Made by a program: the position numbers and the translations under genes. The notes below the pieces were generated by a model. The model had not been told where the DNA came from. It made no database searches and saw only the letters and a list, made by a program, of their open reading frames with translations. Of a DNA stretch of 64,000 nucleotides, positions 1 to 10,730 are shown piece by piece; positions within the stretch are counted from its first letter, which is position 1; the number at the start of each line of letters is the position of its first letter. Source of the DNA: Mobula hypostoma (Eukaryota); assembly GCF_963921235.1 (NCBI RefSeq), contig NC_086097.1, forward strand, positions 90,956,001 through 91,020,000, read 5' to 3'.

Positions 1-401
1 TAGAGAAGATTTGTTATTCAATTTCTGAATCTTGTCAAGACTTTCAAACATTGTGGGGACCCTTTCTGAAATATTTTCTAAATTTTAAAAACCCTCAATT
101 CGTTGTTTAAATTTAGTTGTTGGCTATTATTAATTTTTATTATATGAGAAGGTATTTTACCTTTTTTTCTCCTTAATAAACAGCTTCAGTCTTGGTAGGG
201 GTTAGACTCTTTTTGTAATAAATTAGTATATTTCAATATAACTATTGACTAACCTACATGAATGGGGGTAATGAGATTGTTATTATGAATAGATATAATG
301 TAATTGGTAGTTTTTAAAAAAATCTTTTTTGACCTTTTATATATACTTCCTTGTACTTTGTATTCTTCTATGTAGAAACTAATAAAAATATTGATTAAAA
401 A
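1..401 (+). mobile_element. 3' end of an L1/Tx1-type LINE (ORF2 C-terminus, AT-rich 3' UTR, polyA signal)
   Basis: Frame from base 3 reads EKICYSISESCQDFQTLWGPFLKYF, resembling the EKIxY...FxxxWxPF C-terminus of fish L1 ORF2. AATAAA at 381-386 is followed by a short A-tract at 397-401. Confidence 0.6.
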
Positions 402-860
402 CCATATCATCAAGTTTGCAGCTGACACAACAGTATCATTATGTTTGCCTCATCAGCAAAGATAATGAGTCAGCCCATGGAGAGGAAGTGGAGTGGCTGG
501 TAGACTGGTGTGAGTCTGAACATGGACAAGACCAAGGAAATGATTGTGGACTTCAGGAAGGTCCAGATGAACCATCCCCCTCTGCGTATACATGGCTCCT
601 CCGTAGAGAGAGTTAAGTGCACCAAGTTCCTGGGAGTTCACATCTCAGATGACCTCAGCTGGTCCCTCAATATCACCTCCCTGAATAAAAAGGCACAGCA
701 GTTCCTCCACTTCCTGAGGAGATTGAGGCAAGCGAGTCTTCCACCCTCCCCATCTTAACTACATTTTACAGGGGCACCACTGAGGACTTCCTGACATCTG
801 GTATGGGAGCAGCTGAGCATTGGACCAGAAGTCCCTATAAGGAAATGTTAGAAAGGCAGT
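402..860 (+). mobile_element. Rex1/Babar-type non-LTR retrotransposon RT fragment (degenerate)
   Basis: IIKFAADTT, LNMDKTKEMIVDFRK and KFLGVHISDDLSWSLNITSLNKKAQQxLHFLRRL motifs across frameshifted ORFs 416-616 and 510-758. Confidence 0.8.
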
Positions 861-1156
861 TGGACTGTTGGCCAGTTGACTGGAGACTCCAGAACTAGTG
901 TTCATAATATGCTGCCAAATCACTCTGAGGTATGCCTACTCTGAAGAAGTTTAAACCTTTTCTTCAATGGGAGTTCTCTCACTGCTTCCCCTCTGATCTC
1001 TGCTTCTCTCCAACTCTTCCCCACTATGTACTCACATATAACCATTTAACAATTACAGCACGGAAACAGGCCATCTCGGCCCTTCTAGTCCATGCTGAAC
1101 TCTTACTCCCACCGACCTGCATTCAGCCCATAACCCTCCATTCCTTTCCTGTCCAT

Positions 1157-4028
1157 TTATCTATCCAATTTAACTTTAAACAACAACATCGAACCTGCCT
1201 CAACCACTTCTGCTGGAAGCTCGTTCCACACAGCTACCACTCTCTGAGTAAAGAAGTTCCCCCTCATGTTACCCCTAAACTTTTGTCCTTTAACTCTCAA
1301 CTCATGTCCTCTTGTTTGAATCTTCCCCACTCTCAATGGAAAAAGTCTATCCACGTCAACTCTATCAACCCCCTTCATTATTTTAAAGACCTCTGTCAAG
1401 TCCCCCCTCAACCTTCTGTGCTCCAAAGAATAAAGACCTAACTTGTTCAACCTTTCTCTGTAACTTAGGAGATGAAGCCCAGGCAATGTTTTTGTCAACC
1501 TCCTCTGTACTCTCTCAATTTTATTGACGTCTTTCCTATAATCCGGTGACCAGAACTGTACACAATACTCCAAATTTGGCCTTACCAATGCCCTATACAA
1601 TTTCAACATTACATCCCAACTCCTATACTCAATGCTCTGATTAATAAAGGCCAGCATACCAAAAGCTTTCTTCACCAACCTATCCACATGAGATTCCACC
1701 TTCAGGGAACTATGCACCATTATTCCTAGATCCCTCTGTTCTACAGCATTCTTCAATGCCCTACCATTTACCATGTATGTCCTATTTTGATTAGTCCTAC
1801 CAAAATGTAGCACCGCACATTTTTCTGCATTAAACTCCATCTGCCATCTTTCAGCCCACTCTTCTAACTGTCCTAAATCTCTCTGCAAGCTTTGAAAACC
1901 TTCCTCATCATCCACAACGCCACCTATCTTAGTTTCATCTGCATACTTACTAATCCAATTTACCACCCCACCATCCAGATCATTAATATATATGACAAAC
2001 AACATTGGACCCAGTACAGATCCCTGAGGCACACCGCTACACACCGTCCTCCAATCTGACACACAGTTATCCACCACTACTCTCTGGCGTCTCCCATCTA
2101 GCCACAGCTGAATCCCTTTTACTACTTCCATATTAATGCCTAACGATTGAACCTTCCTAATAACCTTCCGTGTGGAACCTTGTCAAAGGCCTTACTGAAG
2201 TCCATATGGACAACATCCACCGCTTTACCCTCGTCAACTTTCTTAGTAACCTCATCAAAAAATTCAATAAAATTTGTCAAACATGACCTTCCATGCACAA
2301 ATCCATGTTGACTGTTCCTAATCATACTCTGTCTATCCAGATAATTATATATACCATCTCTAAGAATACTTTCCATCAATTTACCCACCACTGATGTCAA
2401 ACGCACAGGCCGATAATTGCCAGGTTTACTCTTAGAACCCTTTTTAAACAATGGAACCACATGAGCCAATCCTCCGGCACCATCCCCGTTTCTAATAATA
2501 TTTGAAATATTTTTGTCAGAGCCCTGCTGTTTCTACACTAACTTCCCTCAAAGTCCTAGGGAATATCTTGTCCGGACCCAGAGTCTTAACCACTTTTATA
2601 TTTCTTAAAAGTGCCAGTACTTCCTCTTCTTTAATTGTCATACTTTCCATAACTACCCTTCTTGTTTCCTTTACCTTACACAATTCAATATCCTTCTCCT
2701 TAGTGAATACCGAAGAAGAGAAATTGTTCAAAATCTCCCCCATCTCTTTTGGCTCCGCACATAGCCATCCACTCTGATTCTCTAAAGGACCAATTTTATC
2801 CCTCACTATCCTTCTTGCCACTAACATAACTGTAGAAACCCTTTGGATTTATTTTCACCTTACTTGCCAAAGCAGCCTCGTATCTTCTTTTAGCTTTTCT
2901 AATTTCTTTCTTAAGATTCTTTTTACGTTCTTTATATTCCTCGAGTACCTCATTAACTCCAAGCTGCCTATATTTATTGTAGATCCCTCTCTTTTTCCGA
3001 ACCAAGTTTCCAATATCCCTTGAAAACCATGGCTCTCTCAAACTTTTAACCTTTCCTTTCAACCTAACAGGAACATAAAGATTCTGAACCCTCAAAATTT
3101 CACCTTTAAATGACCTCCATTTCTCTATTACATCCTTCCCATAAAACAAATTGTCCCAAACCACTCCTTCTAAATCCTTTCGCATCTCCTCAAAGTTAGC
3201 CTTTCTCCAATCAAAAATCTCAATCCTAGGCCCAGTTCTATCCTTCTCCATAATTACACTGAAACTAATGATATTGTGATCACTTGACCCAAAGTGCTCC
3301 CCAACATAGACCTCCGTCACCTGCCTTGTCTCATTCCCTAACAGGAGATCCAACACTGCCCCTTCTCTAGTTGGTACCTCTATGTATTGCTCCAAAAACC
3401 TATCTTGCATACATTTGACAAACTCCAAACCATCCAGCCCTTTTACAGAATGGTCTTCCCAGTCTATGAGTGGAAAATTTAAAATCTCCTACAATCACAA
3501 CCTTGTGCTTACTACAAATATCTGCTATCTCCTTACAAATTTGCTCCTCCAGTTCTCTGTCCCCATTAGGTGGTCTATAATACACCCATATATAAGCGTC
3601 ACAACACCTTTCCTATTCCTCAATTCCACCCAAATAGCTTCCCTAGATGAGTTCACTAATCCATCCTGCCAGAGCACCTCTGTAATATTTTCTCTGACAG
3701 GCAATGCAACACCTTCCCCTCTTGCTCCTCCTATTCTATCACACTGGAAGCAAAAAAACCCTGGAATATTTAGTTGCCAATCACACCCCTCCTGCAACCA
3801 TGTTTCACTAATAGCTACAACATCATATTTCCAGGTATCAATCCATGCTGTAAGCTCATCCACCTTTCTTATAATGCTCCTAGCATTAAAATAGATGCAT
3901 TTAAGAAACTCTCCACCTCCCACTCTCTGTTTATCCTTAATGGAGCAAACTTTGTTATCTTTCTCTTCCTTTTCCCCTACATCAACCTCCTCTCTCCTAG
4001 TCTCCTTAATTTGATTCCCTCCCCCCAA
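1157..4028 (-). pseudogene. CR1 ORF2 (APE endonuclease + reverse transcriptase), frameshifted into six ORFs
   Basis: Endonuclease: [77 protein letters not shown]. The catalytic YADD reads YADE. Confidence 0.92.
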
Positions 4029-4039
4029 CCATTCTAGTT

Positions 4040-4874
4040 TAAAGTCACCTTGGCAAATCTCCCCACCAGGATATTCGTCCCTCTATGATTCAAGTGCAAC
4101 CCATCCCCTTTGTATAGGTCACCCCTGCGCCAATAGTGGTCCTAATGATCCAAAAACACGAATCCCTGCCCCCTGCTCCAATCCCTCAGCCACACATTTA
4201 TCCTACATCTCATTGCATTCCTACTCTCACTGTCGCGTAGCACAGGAAGCAATCCTGAGATTACTACCTTTGAGGTCCTTTTTCTCAACTCCCTTCTTAA
4301 CTCCCTATATTCTTCTTTCAGGACCTCTCCCCTTTTCCAATCTATGTCATTGGTACCTATATGTACCACGACCTCTGGCTCTTCTCCCTCCCACTTCAGG
4401 ATCTCTTGGACGCAATCAGAAACGTCCCGGACCCTGGCACCAGGGAGGCAAACTACCATCCGGGTCTCCAGACTTCATCCACGGAATCGTCCATCTGACC
4501 CCCTAACTATTGAGTCACCTATTACTACTGCCCTCCTCTTCCGTTCCCTACTCTTCTTAGCTACAGGGCCGGACTCTGTGCCGCAGGCATGGCCAGTGTT
4601 GCTTCCCCCAGGTAGGCTGTCCCCCGCCAACAGTACTCAAACAGGAGTACTTATTGTCAAGGGGCACAGCCACAGCCACAAGGATACTCTCTATTACCTG
4701 ATTCTTCCTATTCCCCCTCCTAACCTTGACCCACTTATCTGCCTCCCGTGGCCCTGGTGTGACCACCTACTGCATCTGGATGCACCTGGCGCAGATGTGG
4801 ATATCCAGGAGGCTGGGAGACTCCACTACTTCCCACATCTGGCACTGAGAACAACAAGCTGCCTTCACACTCAT
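4040..4874 (-). pseudogene. CR1 ORF1 (N-terminal CxxC..CxxC Zn finger + SGNH/GDSL esterase-like domain), broken
   Basis: ATG at 4874 gives MSVKAACCSQCQMWEVVESPSLLDIHICARCIQMQ* (4874-4767). ORF 4142-4459 has VVCLPGARVRDV and VVVHIGTNDI, typical of CR1 ORF1 esterases. Confidence 0.85.
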
Positions 4875-5254
4875 ACTTCCCCCTCTCTTCAAATAACAGG
4901 AAACAATAATGAAAAAACCAAACCCTCTTCACCTCGCCCATTTCCGCCTAAGCCCATTTAGCCAAAGCCCTTAAGCCTTCACTTTGCTCCCAGCTCACTC
5001 CGCCGCCCACAAGCTACGCTACCCGCTTTATAAGGCTCTGTTCCTTTTAAATCTTCCTCACTTCACTCCCCAACGTCACACGCCCGCGCAGTCCTTCCTC
5101 TCTCAACGTCAACGAAAAAAACGAAAAATTCAAAAAAGGCTTCCTCCACACTCCCGCTCCAATTTTCAGACTTCCTTCTCCAAATTAACCCAAAACAGGA
5201 TTTGTTTCCTTTTAAATCTTCCTCACTTCACTCCCCGACATCACATGACTGGCT

Positions 5255-5535
5255 TACTTTCACAGCTAAGTAATTTACTTTGCCCCCCTCCCCCACCCAT
5301 CCACCTTCCCCCTCCCTTGGTTTTACCTATCACCTGCTCGCTCATACTCCTTCCCATACCTTTACCTTCTTATTCTGGTTTCTGGCCCCTTCCTTTCTAA
5401 ACTTGATGAAGGGTCTTGGTCCAAAACATCAACAGTTCATTTCTCTATATTGATGCTCCCCAACTTGCTGAGTTCCTCTAGCACTTTGTATATGTTACTC
5501 TAGATTTCCAGTATCTGCAGAATCTCATGTTTATG
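5255..5535 (+). mobile_element. Penelope-like element terminal repeat (pLTR) fragment with decayed hammerhead motif
   Basis: Pyrimidine-rich run, then TTGATGAAGGGTCTTGGTCCAAAACATC (5403-5430) and GCTGAGTTCCTCTAGCAC...TTTCCAGTATCTGCAGAATCT, homologous to 10346-10620 and to the end of the element at 10731-12661. Confidence 0.75.
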
Positions 5536-6252
5536 AACTAGAGGATCATTGTTTAAAAATAAAGGGGGTCACCTATTTAAGATATAGAGGATGTTTTAGT
5601 TTTCTGCTTAGGTCATTAATCTTTGGAATTGTCTTCCTCAGAGGGTGGAGCAAGCAGATTTTTTTTTCAATGTTTTTACATGGTTTAAGGAGCTAAGTGG
5701 TCTCCTCCTGCTCCTAATTTATATGTTCATAGATATAAGTTGTAAATGCGTAATCACTATCAGCAGACTCTGCTCAAAATAAAAAGAGGGAGGGGAAGCT
5801 TAACTCAGTGCTGGCTGAAAAATACCTAATGAAATGATGAAGTGGTATTCCTTGGGCTTTTGTTAAGTTCTAATGGAAGCCACGGTCAGCCAGATCAGTG
5901 GGAGAGAATCCACTAAGCTAAAGTGAGAGGTAATTGAAGGGCAAGGCACGCTTAGAGACTACTCAAACTAATCACCAAAGATGTGCTTGGTCTTTCCCAG
6001 CCAAATAGTGAACAATCATTATAAGGTACTAAATATAAATAATTAAAAGAAATTTGCAGTCTTTGGCCAAGATGAGACCTTTCAACGTCATTCCAGTTGG
6101 GTAGTAGACCTCAAGACCATAAAACATAGGAGTAGAATCATGCCTTTCAGCCCATCAAATCTGCTCCACCATTCCATCATGACTGATTTATTATCACTCA
6201 ACCCCACACACCGGCCTTCTCACCATTACAGTTGACACACTGACTAATCAAG

Positions 6253-6647
6253 AAACATACAAAATTTTGAAAGGGATAGATAAGATAGAAGTAGCAAAAT
6301 TGTTTCCATTGGTAGATGAGTCTAGAACTAAGGAATATTGCCTCGAGATTCAGGGGAGAAGATTTAGGATGGAGATGAGGAGCAACTGTTTTTCCCAGAG
6401 AGTGGTGAATCTGTGGAATTCTCTGCCCAGGGAAGCAGTTGAGGCTTCCTCACTAAATATATTTAAGATACAGTTAGATAGGTTTTTACATAGTAAGGGA
6501 ATTAAGGGTTATGGGGAAAAGGCAGGTAGATGGAGCTGAGTTTACAGACAGATCAGTCATAATCTTATTGAATGGCAGAGCAGGCTCGATGGGCCGGATG
6601 GCCTACTCCTGCTCCTATTTCTTATGTTCTTATGTTCTCATGTTCTA
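6253..6647 (+). mobile_element. 5'-truncated CR1 3' end with (TTCTTATG)n-type tail
   Basis: ORF 6267-6539 (MKGIDK...FSQRVVNLWNSLP...GIKGYGEKAGRWS), CR1 3' UTR and tandem tail at about 6619-6647. Confidence 0.88.
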
Positions 6648-6736
6648 TCAACTTCCACTTTAAATATACCCAGTGGCTTGGCCTCCTCAGCTATCTGTGG
6701 CAATGACTTTCTGGCTAAAGAAATTCCTCCATGTCT

Positions 6737-7250
6737 ACCTACAGGAAAGATGCAGATAAGGTTGAAAGAAGACAAAGAAAATTTATAACAATGTTGCTGG
6801 GGCTGGAGAACCTGAGTTATAAGGAATGATTGAATAGGTTAGGACCTTATTCCCTGGAATGTGTTAGATTGAGAGGAGATTTTATGAAGAAAATTATGAG
6901 GGGTATAGATAGGGTAAATGCAAGCAGGCTTTTCCCACTAAGGTTAGGCGGCACTACAACCAGAGGTCATGGGTTAAGGGTGAAAGGTAAAAAGTTTAAG
7001 GGGAACATGAGGGGAAACTTCTTCACTCAGAGGGTGGTGAGAATGTGGAATGAGCTTCCAGCACAAGTGGTGTAAGCTCGATTTCAACATTTAAGAGAAG
7101 TTTGGATAGGTACATGTTTGGTAGGGGTGTGGAGGGCTTTAGTCCTGGTGCAGGTCGAAGGGAGTAGGCGGTTTAAATGGCTCAGCGTGGACTGGATGGG
7201 TCAAAGGACCTGGTTCTGTGCTGTACTTTTCTGTGACTCTATGACTCTAT
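6737..7250 (+). mobile_element. 5'-truncated CR1 3' end with (TGACTCTA)n tail
   Basis: ORF 6830-7075 (RLRGD...TRGHGLRVKG...NFFTQRVVRMWNELP); tail TGACTCTATGACTCTAT near 7234-7250. Confidence 0.88.
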
Positions 7251-8354
7251 CTCTGTCCCTCTATTCTGAAATGAGCGCTGATTGATCCAATTTCTAAGCA
7301 AATCAAATTTAGTTTGAATTTTTCATTAACCTTCAGCATTTTGTTCAAGTAAATTTGGAATTTATTCCAAGGGTAAGATTTAAGTTAGGAATAAGGTCAC
7401 CAACCCATGGCTCCAGAAATTCATTCATATCATTCTAAATGAATATTGTCATGCAGGTGAAAACTAGCTGGGGTAATTTTGCCTGAATTTCTGAATAATT
7501 CTATGCCTATGACAAAGCTCGTCTCCTCTCTGTGATGTACTCATTCCCTTCTGTTTAATGCAAATCCCCCTTGAAAATTATCAACAGCAGTGCAACATGC
7601 AGAGTTTGTCTGCGGTGAAAATATTGACCTCACAGCAATTCATAGACCAACCATGATTTACCAGCCCCCTTTTCCCCTGACTCTATGTGACTTCAAGGAT
7701 CAACACTCAGACTGTGTCCCCATAAAGACCTGAAACCGCCCCACATGAACTCAAAAAAGCCTGCTGGAGGTTACAGTGATTGTTGGCATTGCAGTGATTG
7801 GCTGCTTCCTCAATATTGCTCATTGCATTATGGAGAACCCCAAACTCCATATTCATTGGGAACAGTCTTCTACATTATATTGCAGTGGCCAGGGGTATTC
7901 AGCACCATGTTCTTCTTTCTGATCAAGTGAGCCCTGCTGAGGAACAAGAGGGTTCCTTTGTCCTTCTTCCCAAAGAGTATGCCTCCAGTAGGCACTGTTC
8001 TTCACAGCCTACCGGCTCCCTCTGACCTCCTGCAAACATTCTTCCATCCCACTTCCCTTCATTGCAGCATCAATTGTATTGATTAATGTCTCCCTCCTCC
8101 AGTAGGATGAGTGCTGATTGGATAAAGGTATGTCCCTTAATGATTGTATCTGCTGGGTTAGCTTGCATCCCACCAATGAGGAAAGCTGTGCTGAAATTCA
8201 TAAGATCAGTTTTGGGATGTCATTATACTGAGAAAACCAACTACACTCTTTGTAAATGAAGTTCTTGCTCTTTTACTGTCCGTGCTGGCATAACATTTAA
8301 TCACTGTTTTGAACCGTGATTCAAACATCATGAGCAAACATCGACATCATTTTC

Positions 8355-9665
8355 CAATACACCCTGTCCAATTTGCCTACTGTACTAACAGGTCAACAGC
8401 AAATGCCATTCCGTTGGCTCTTCACTCAGCTATGGAACACCTGGGCAATGAAGATGCATACATCAGGATGCTCCTCATTGACTACAGCTCAGCATTCAGC
8501 ACTGTCATCCCCTCAAAACTCATCACTACACACCAAGACTTTGGCATCAATACCTCCTTGTGCAGACCCCAGTCAGTACGGATTAGCAACAACATTTCCT
8601 CCACAATCGCTATTAGCAGCTGTATTAGCCTCACAGTCTGGTGGTGTGTGCCTAGCCCCCTGCTCTACTCACTTTATACCTGTGGCTGGGAGGCTAGTAC
8701 AGCTCCAATACCATATTTAAGTTTGTTGACGACACTATTGTTGTTGGCTGACTCAAGCATGATGATGAATCAGAACATAGGAGGGAGACTGAAAATCAGG
8801 TTGAATGGTGCCACATCAATAACTTCTCACTCAACATCAGCAAAACCAAAGAGTTGTTACTTTGACTGCAGGAGGAAGAAGCCGGAAGCCCATCGGATCA
8901 GAGGCATACAACAACTTTAAATTCCTTGGCATTATCATTTCAGAGGATCTGTCCTGGGACCAGCATGTAAGTGCCATCGCAAAGAAGGCACAACAGTGCC
9001 TCTACTTTCTGAGAAGTTTGCAGAGATTCGTCATATCTCAAACTTCTATAAAGTGGTTGCATCAAGGCCTGGTATGGAGATACAGATGTCCAGAAATGAA
9101 AAAGCTTCCAAAAAGTGGTGGATTCAGCCCTGTCCATCACAAGAAAAGCCCTCTCCATCTACTGAGCACATCTACAAGGAGTGCTGCCACAAGAAAGAAG
9201 CATCCATCATCAAGGACCCACACCATCCAGTACATGCTGCCATTGGGAAGAAGGTTAAGAAGCCTTGGGTCCTACATGACCAGGTTCAGGGACAGTATCA
9301 CCTTTCAACCGTCAGACTCTTGAATCAGCATGGATTACTTCACTCACCTCAACACTGAACTGATTCCATAAACTACGGAATCACTTTTAAGGACTGTGCA
9401 ACTCATGTTCTCAGTATTATTTATCTATCAGTCAATCAATCAATCTATCTATTGAGCTATTCATTTATTATTATTTTGTATTTGCACAGTCTGTCTTCTT
9501 ATACACATTGTTTTTTTATCAGTCTTTGTGTTTAATTTTTCATTGATACTGTTGTATTTCTTTGTCTACCGTGAATGTCTGCAAGAAATGAATCTCAGGT
9601 TAGTAAATTAAAACATATTGTATATGCATTTTGATAATATATTTACATTGAACTTTGAAATTTGG
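8355..9665 (+). mobile_element. Rex1/Babar-type retrotransposon 3' part, degenerate
   Basis: QFAYCTNRSTANAIPLALHSAMEHL...YIRMLLIDYSSAFSTVIPSKL, FKFLGIIISEDLSWDQH..AIAKKAQQCLYFLR, IIKDPHHP; T-rich 3' UTR with TTTGAA-type tail. Confidence 0.85.
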
Positions 9666-10345
9666 TATTGATGAGCCAGATCATTTTATGGTTCTATGAA
9701 AAGGGGGAAAGAAAGAAAGAATGAAAGGGAGGACCTGTGAAAGAAAAAGGGCTGAAGAGCATATGGGTAATGGAAGATGAAGTTTAAAAGCATGACAAGG
9801 GAAAAAGTAGGTCCCCTTAAAGATCTGCATAGATTTCTACGAGTGGGCCCCAATAAATGAGTGAGAATTTTACTGTGGAGAAAATAATGGATGCTGAAGA
9901 ACTGGAGGAAATATTTGATGATGTCTTGGAGCAAGAAGGATGTATTGGTGACTTCAAAGTGCATTAAGTGGATAGAACTCCAGAATCTGACTAAATGCAT
10001 CCAGGATACCAGGGATGAAATAGCAGATGTCCTTGCAGAGATAATTGCCTGTTAGACTGGAGATGACTAATGCTATATCATTTATTTAAAGAAAAGCAGC
10101 AAATGTAAGTCAGGAAAACACAAGCCTGTAAGGCTGATATCTCTGGTGGGTAGGTTCCTGGAGGGGATTCTGAGGGACAGGATCTGCCAGTATTTGGATA
10201 GGCAAGAGTTTTCCAGAGGTATCCAGGTGGATAGATAAGGATAGGGTAGTGGATATTATATGTATGGACTTTAACAATATGTTTGACAAGATACAACGGC
10301 AGTGGGGAGGGGGGGCTTGAATTAAATAAATAATTGGATTCCTAA

Positions 10346-10620
10346 GCCTTGTATCTCTTTTGCCAATCAACTTTCCAGCTCTCAGCTCCATCCCTCCTCC
10401 TCTTGTCTTCTCCTATCATTTCGGATCTCCCCCTCTCCCTCCCAATTTCAAATCTTTTACTATCTCTTCTTTCAGTTAGTCCTGACGAAGGGTCTCAGCC
10501 CGAAACGTCGACTGTCCCTCTTCCTATAGATGCTGTCTGGCCTGCTGTGTTCACCAGCAATTTTTGTGTGTGTTGCTTGAATTTCCAGCATCTGCAGATT
10601 TCCTCATGTTTGTATTTTTA
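10346..10620 (+). mobile_element. Solo/truncated Penelope-like terminal repeat with 14-bp TSD
   Basis: Flanked by AATTGGATTCCTAA (10332-10345) and AATTGGATTTCTAA (10621-10634); homologous to the 3' end of the element at 10731-12661. Confidence 0.82.
10477..10514 (+). ncRNA. Minimal type-I hammerhead ribozyme motif in Penelope terminal repeat
   Basis: UAGUC-CUGACGA-A-GGG-UCUCAG-CCC-GAAAC-GUC-GACUG: CUGANGA and GAAA core, stem II GGG/CCC, GUC cleavage triplet, stem I UAGUC/GACUG. Confidence 0.75.
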
Positions 10621-10730
10621 AATTGGATTTCTAATAGGCTTAGAAGTAAAAATCAGAAAGTAATGGTTGAAGGCTGTTTCTTGGACTGGAGGACTATAAC
10701 TATTGGAGTGCCATGGTGCTCAGGAATGGG

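Larger units (their letters stand above)
1037..5250 (-). mobile_element. Near-full-length CR1 LINE (5' UTR, ORF1, ORF2, 3' UTR), inactivated
   Basis: Collinear on the minus strand: Zn-finger and esterase ORF1 pieces, APE endonuclease, RT, CR1 C-terminal domain (RGNFFTQRVVAVWNELP) and 3' UTR ending near 1037. Confidence 0.93.
6113..7270 (-). mobile_element. CR1 3'-end fragment (minus strand) split by two plus-strand CR1 insertions
   Basis: Host pieces 6113-6252, 6648-6735 and 7250-7270 join into a CR1 3' end similar to 19277-19530. Confidence 0.7.

Noticed and set aside
932..5400. Plus-strand ORFs 932-1441, 3382-3894, 4344-4961 and 4984-5400 as genes
   Set aside because: They are antisense shadows of the minus-strand CR1 ORFs and UTR, with no independent protein features.
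860..5735. Outer nest: CR1 fragment (860-905 and 5536-5735) split by a Penelope repeat, itself split by the full CR1, with GAACTAG as TSD
   Set aside because: GAACTAG occurs at about 891 and 5536 and the geometry is plausible, but the 906-1036 segment is too decayed for me to assign, so it is not reported as a feature.
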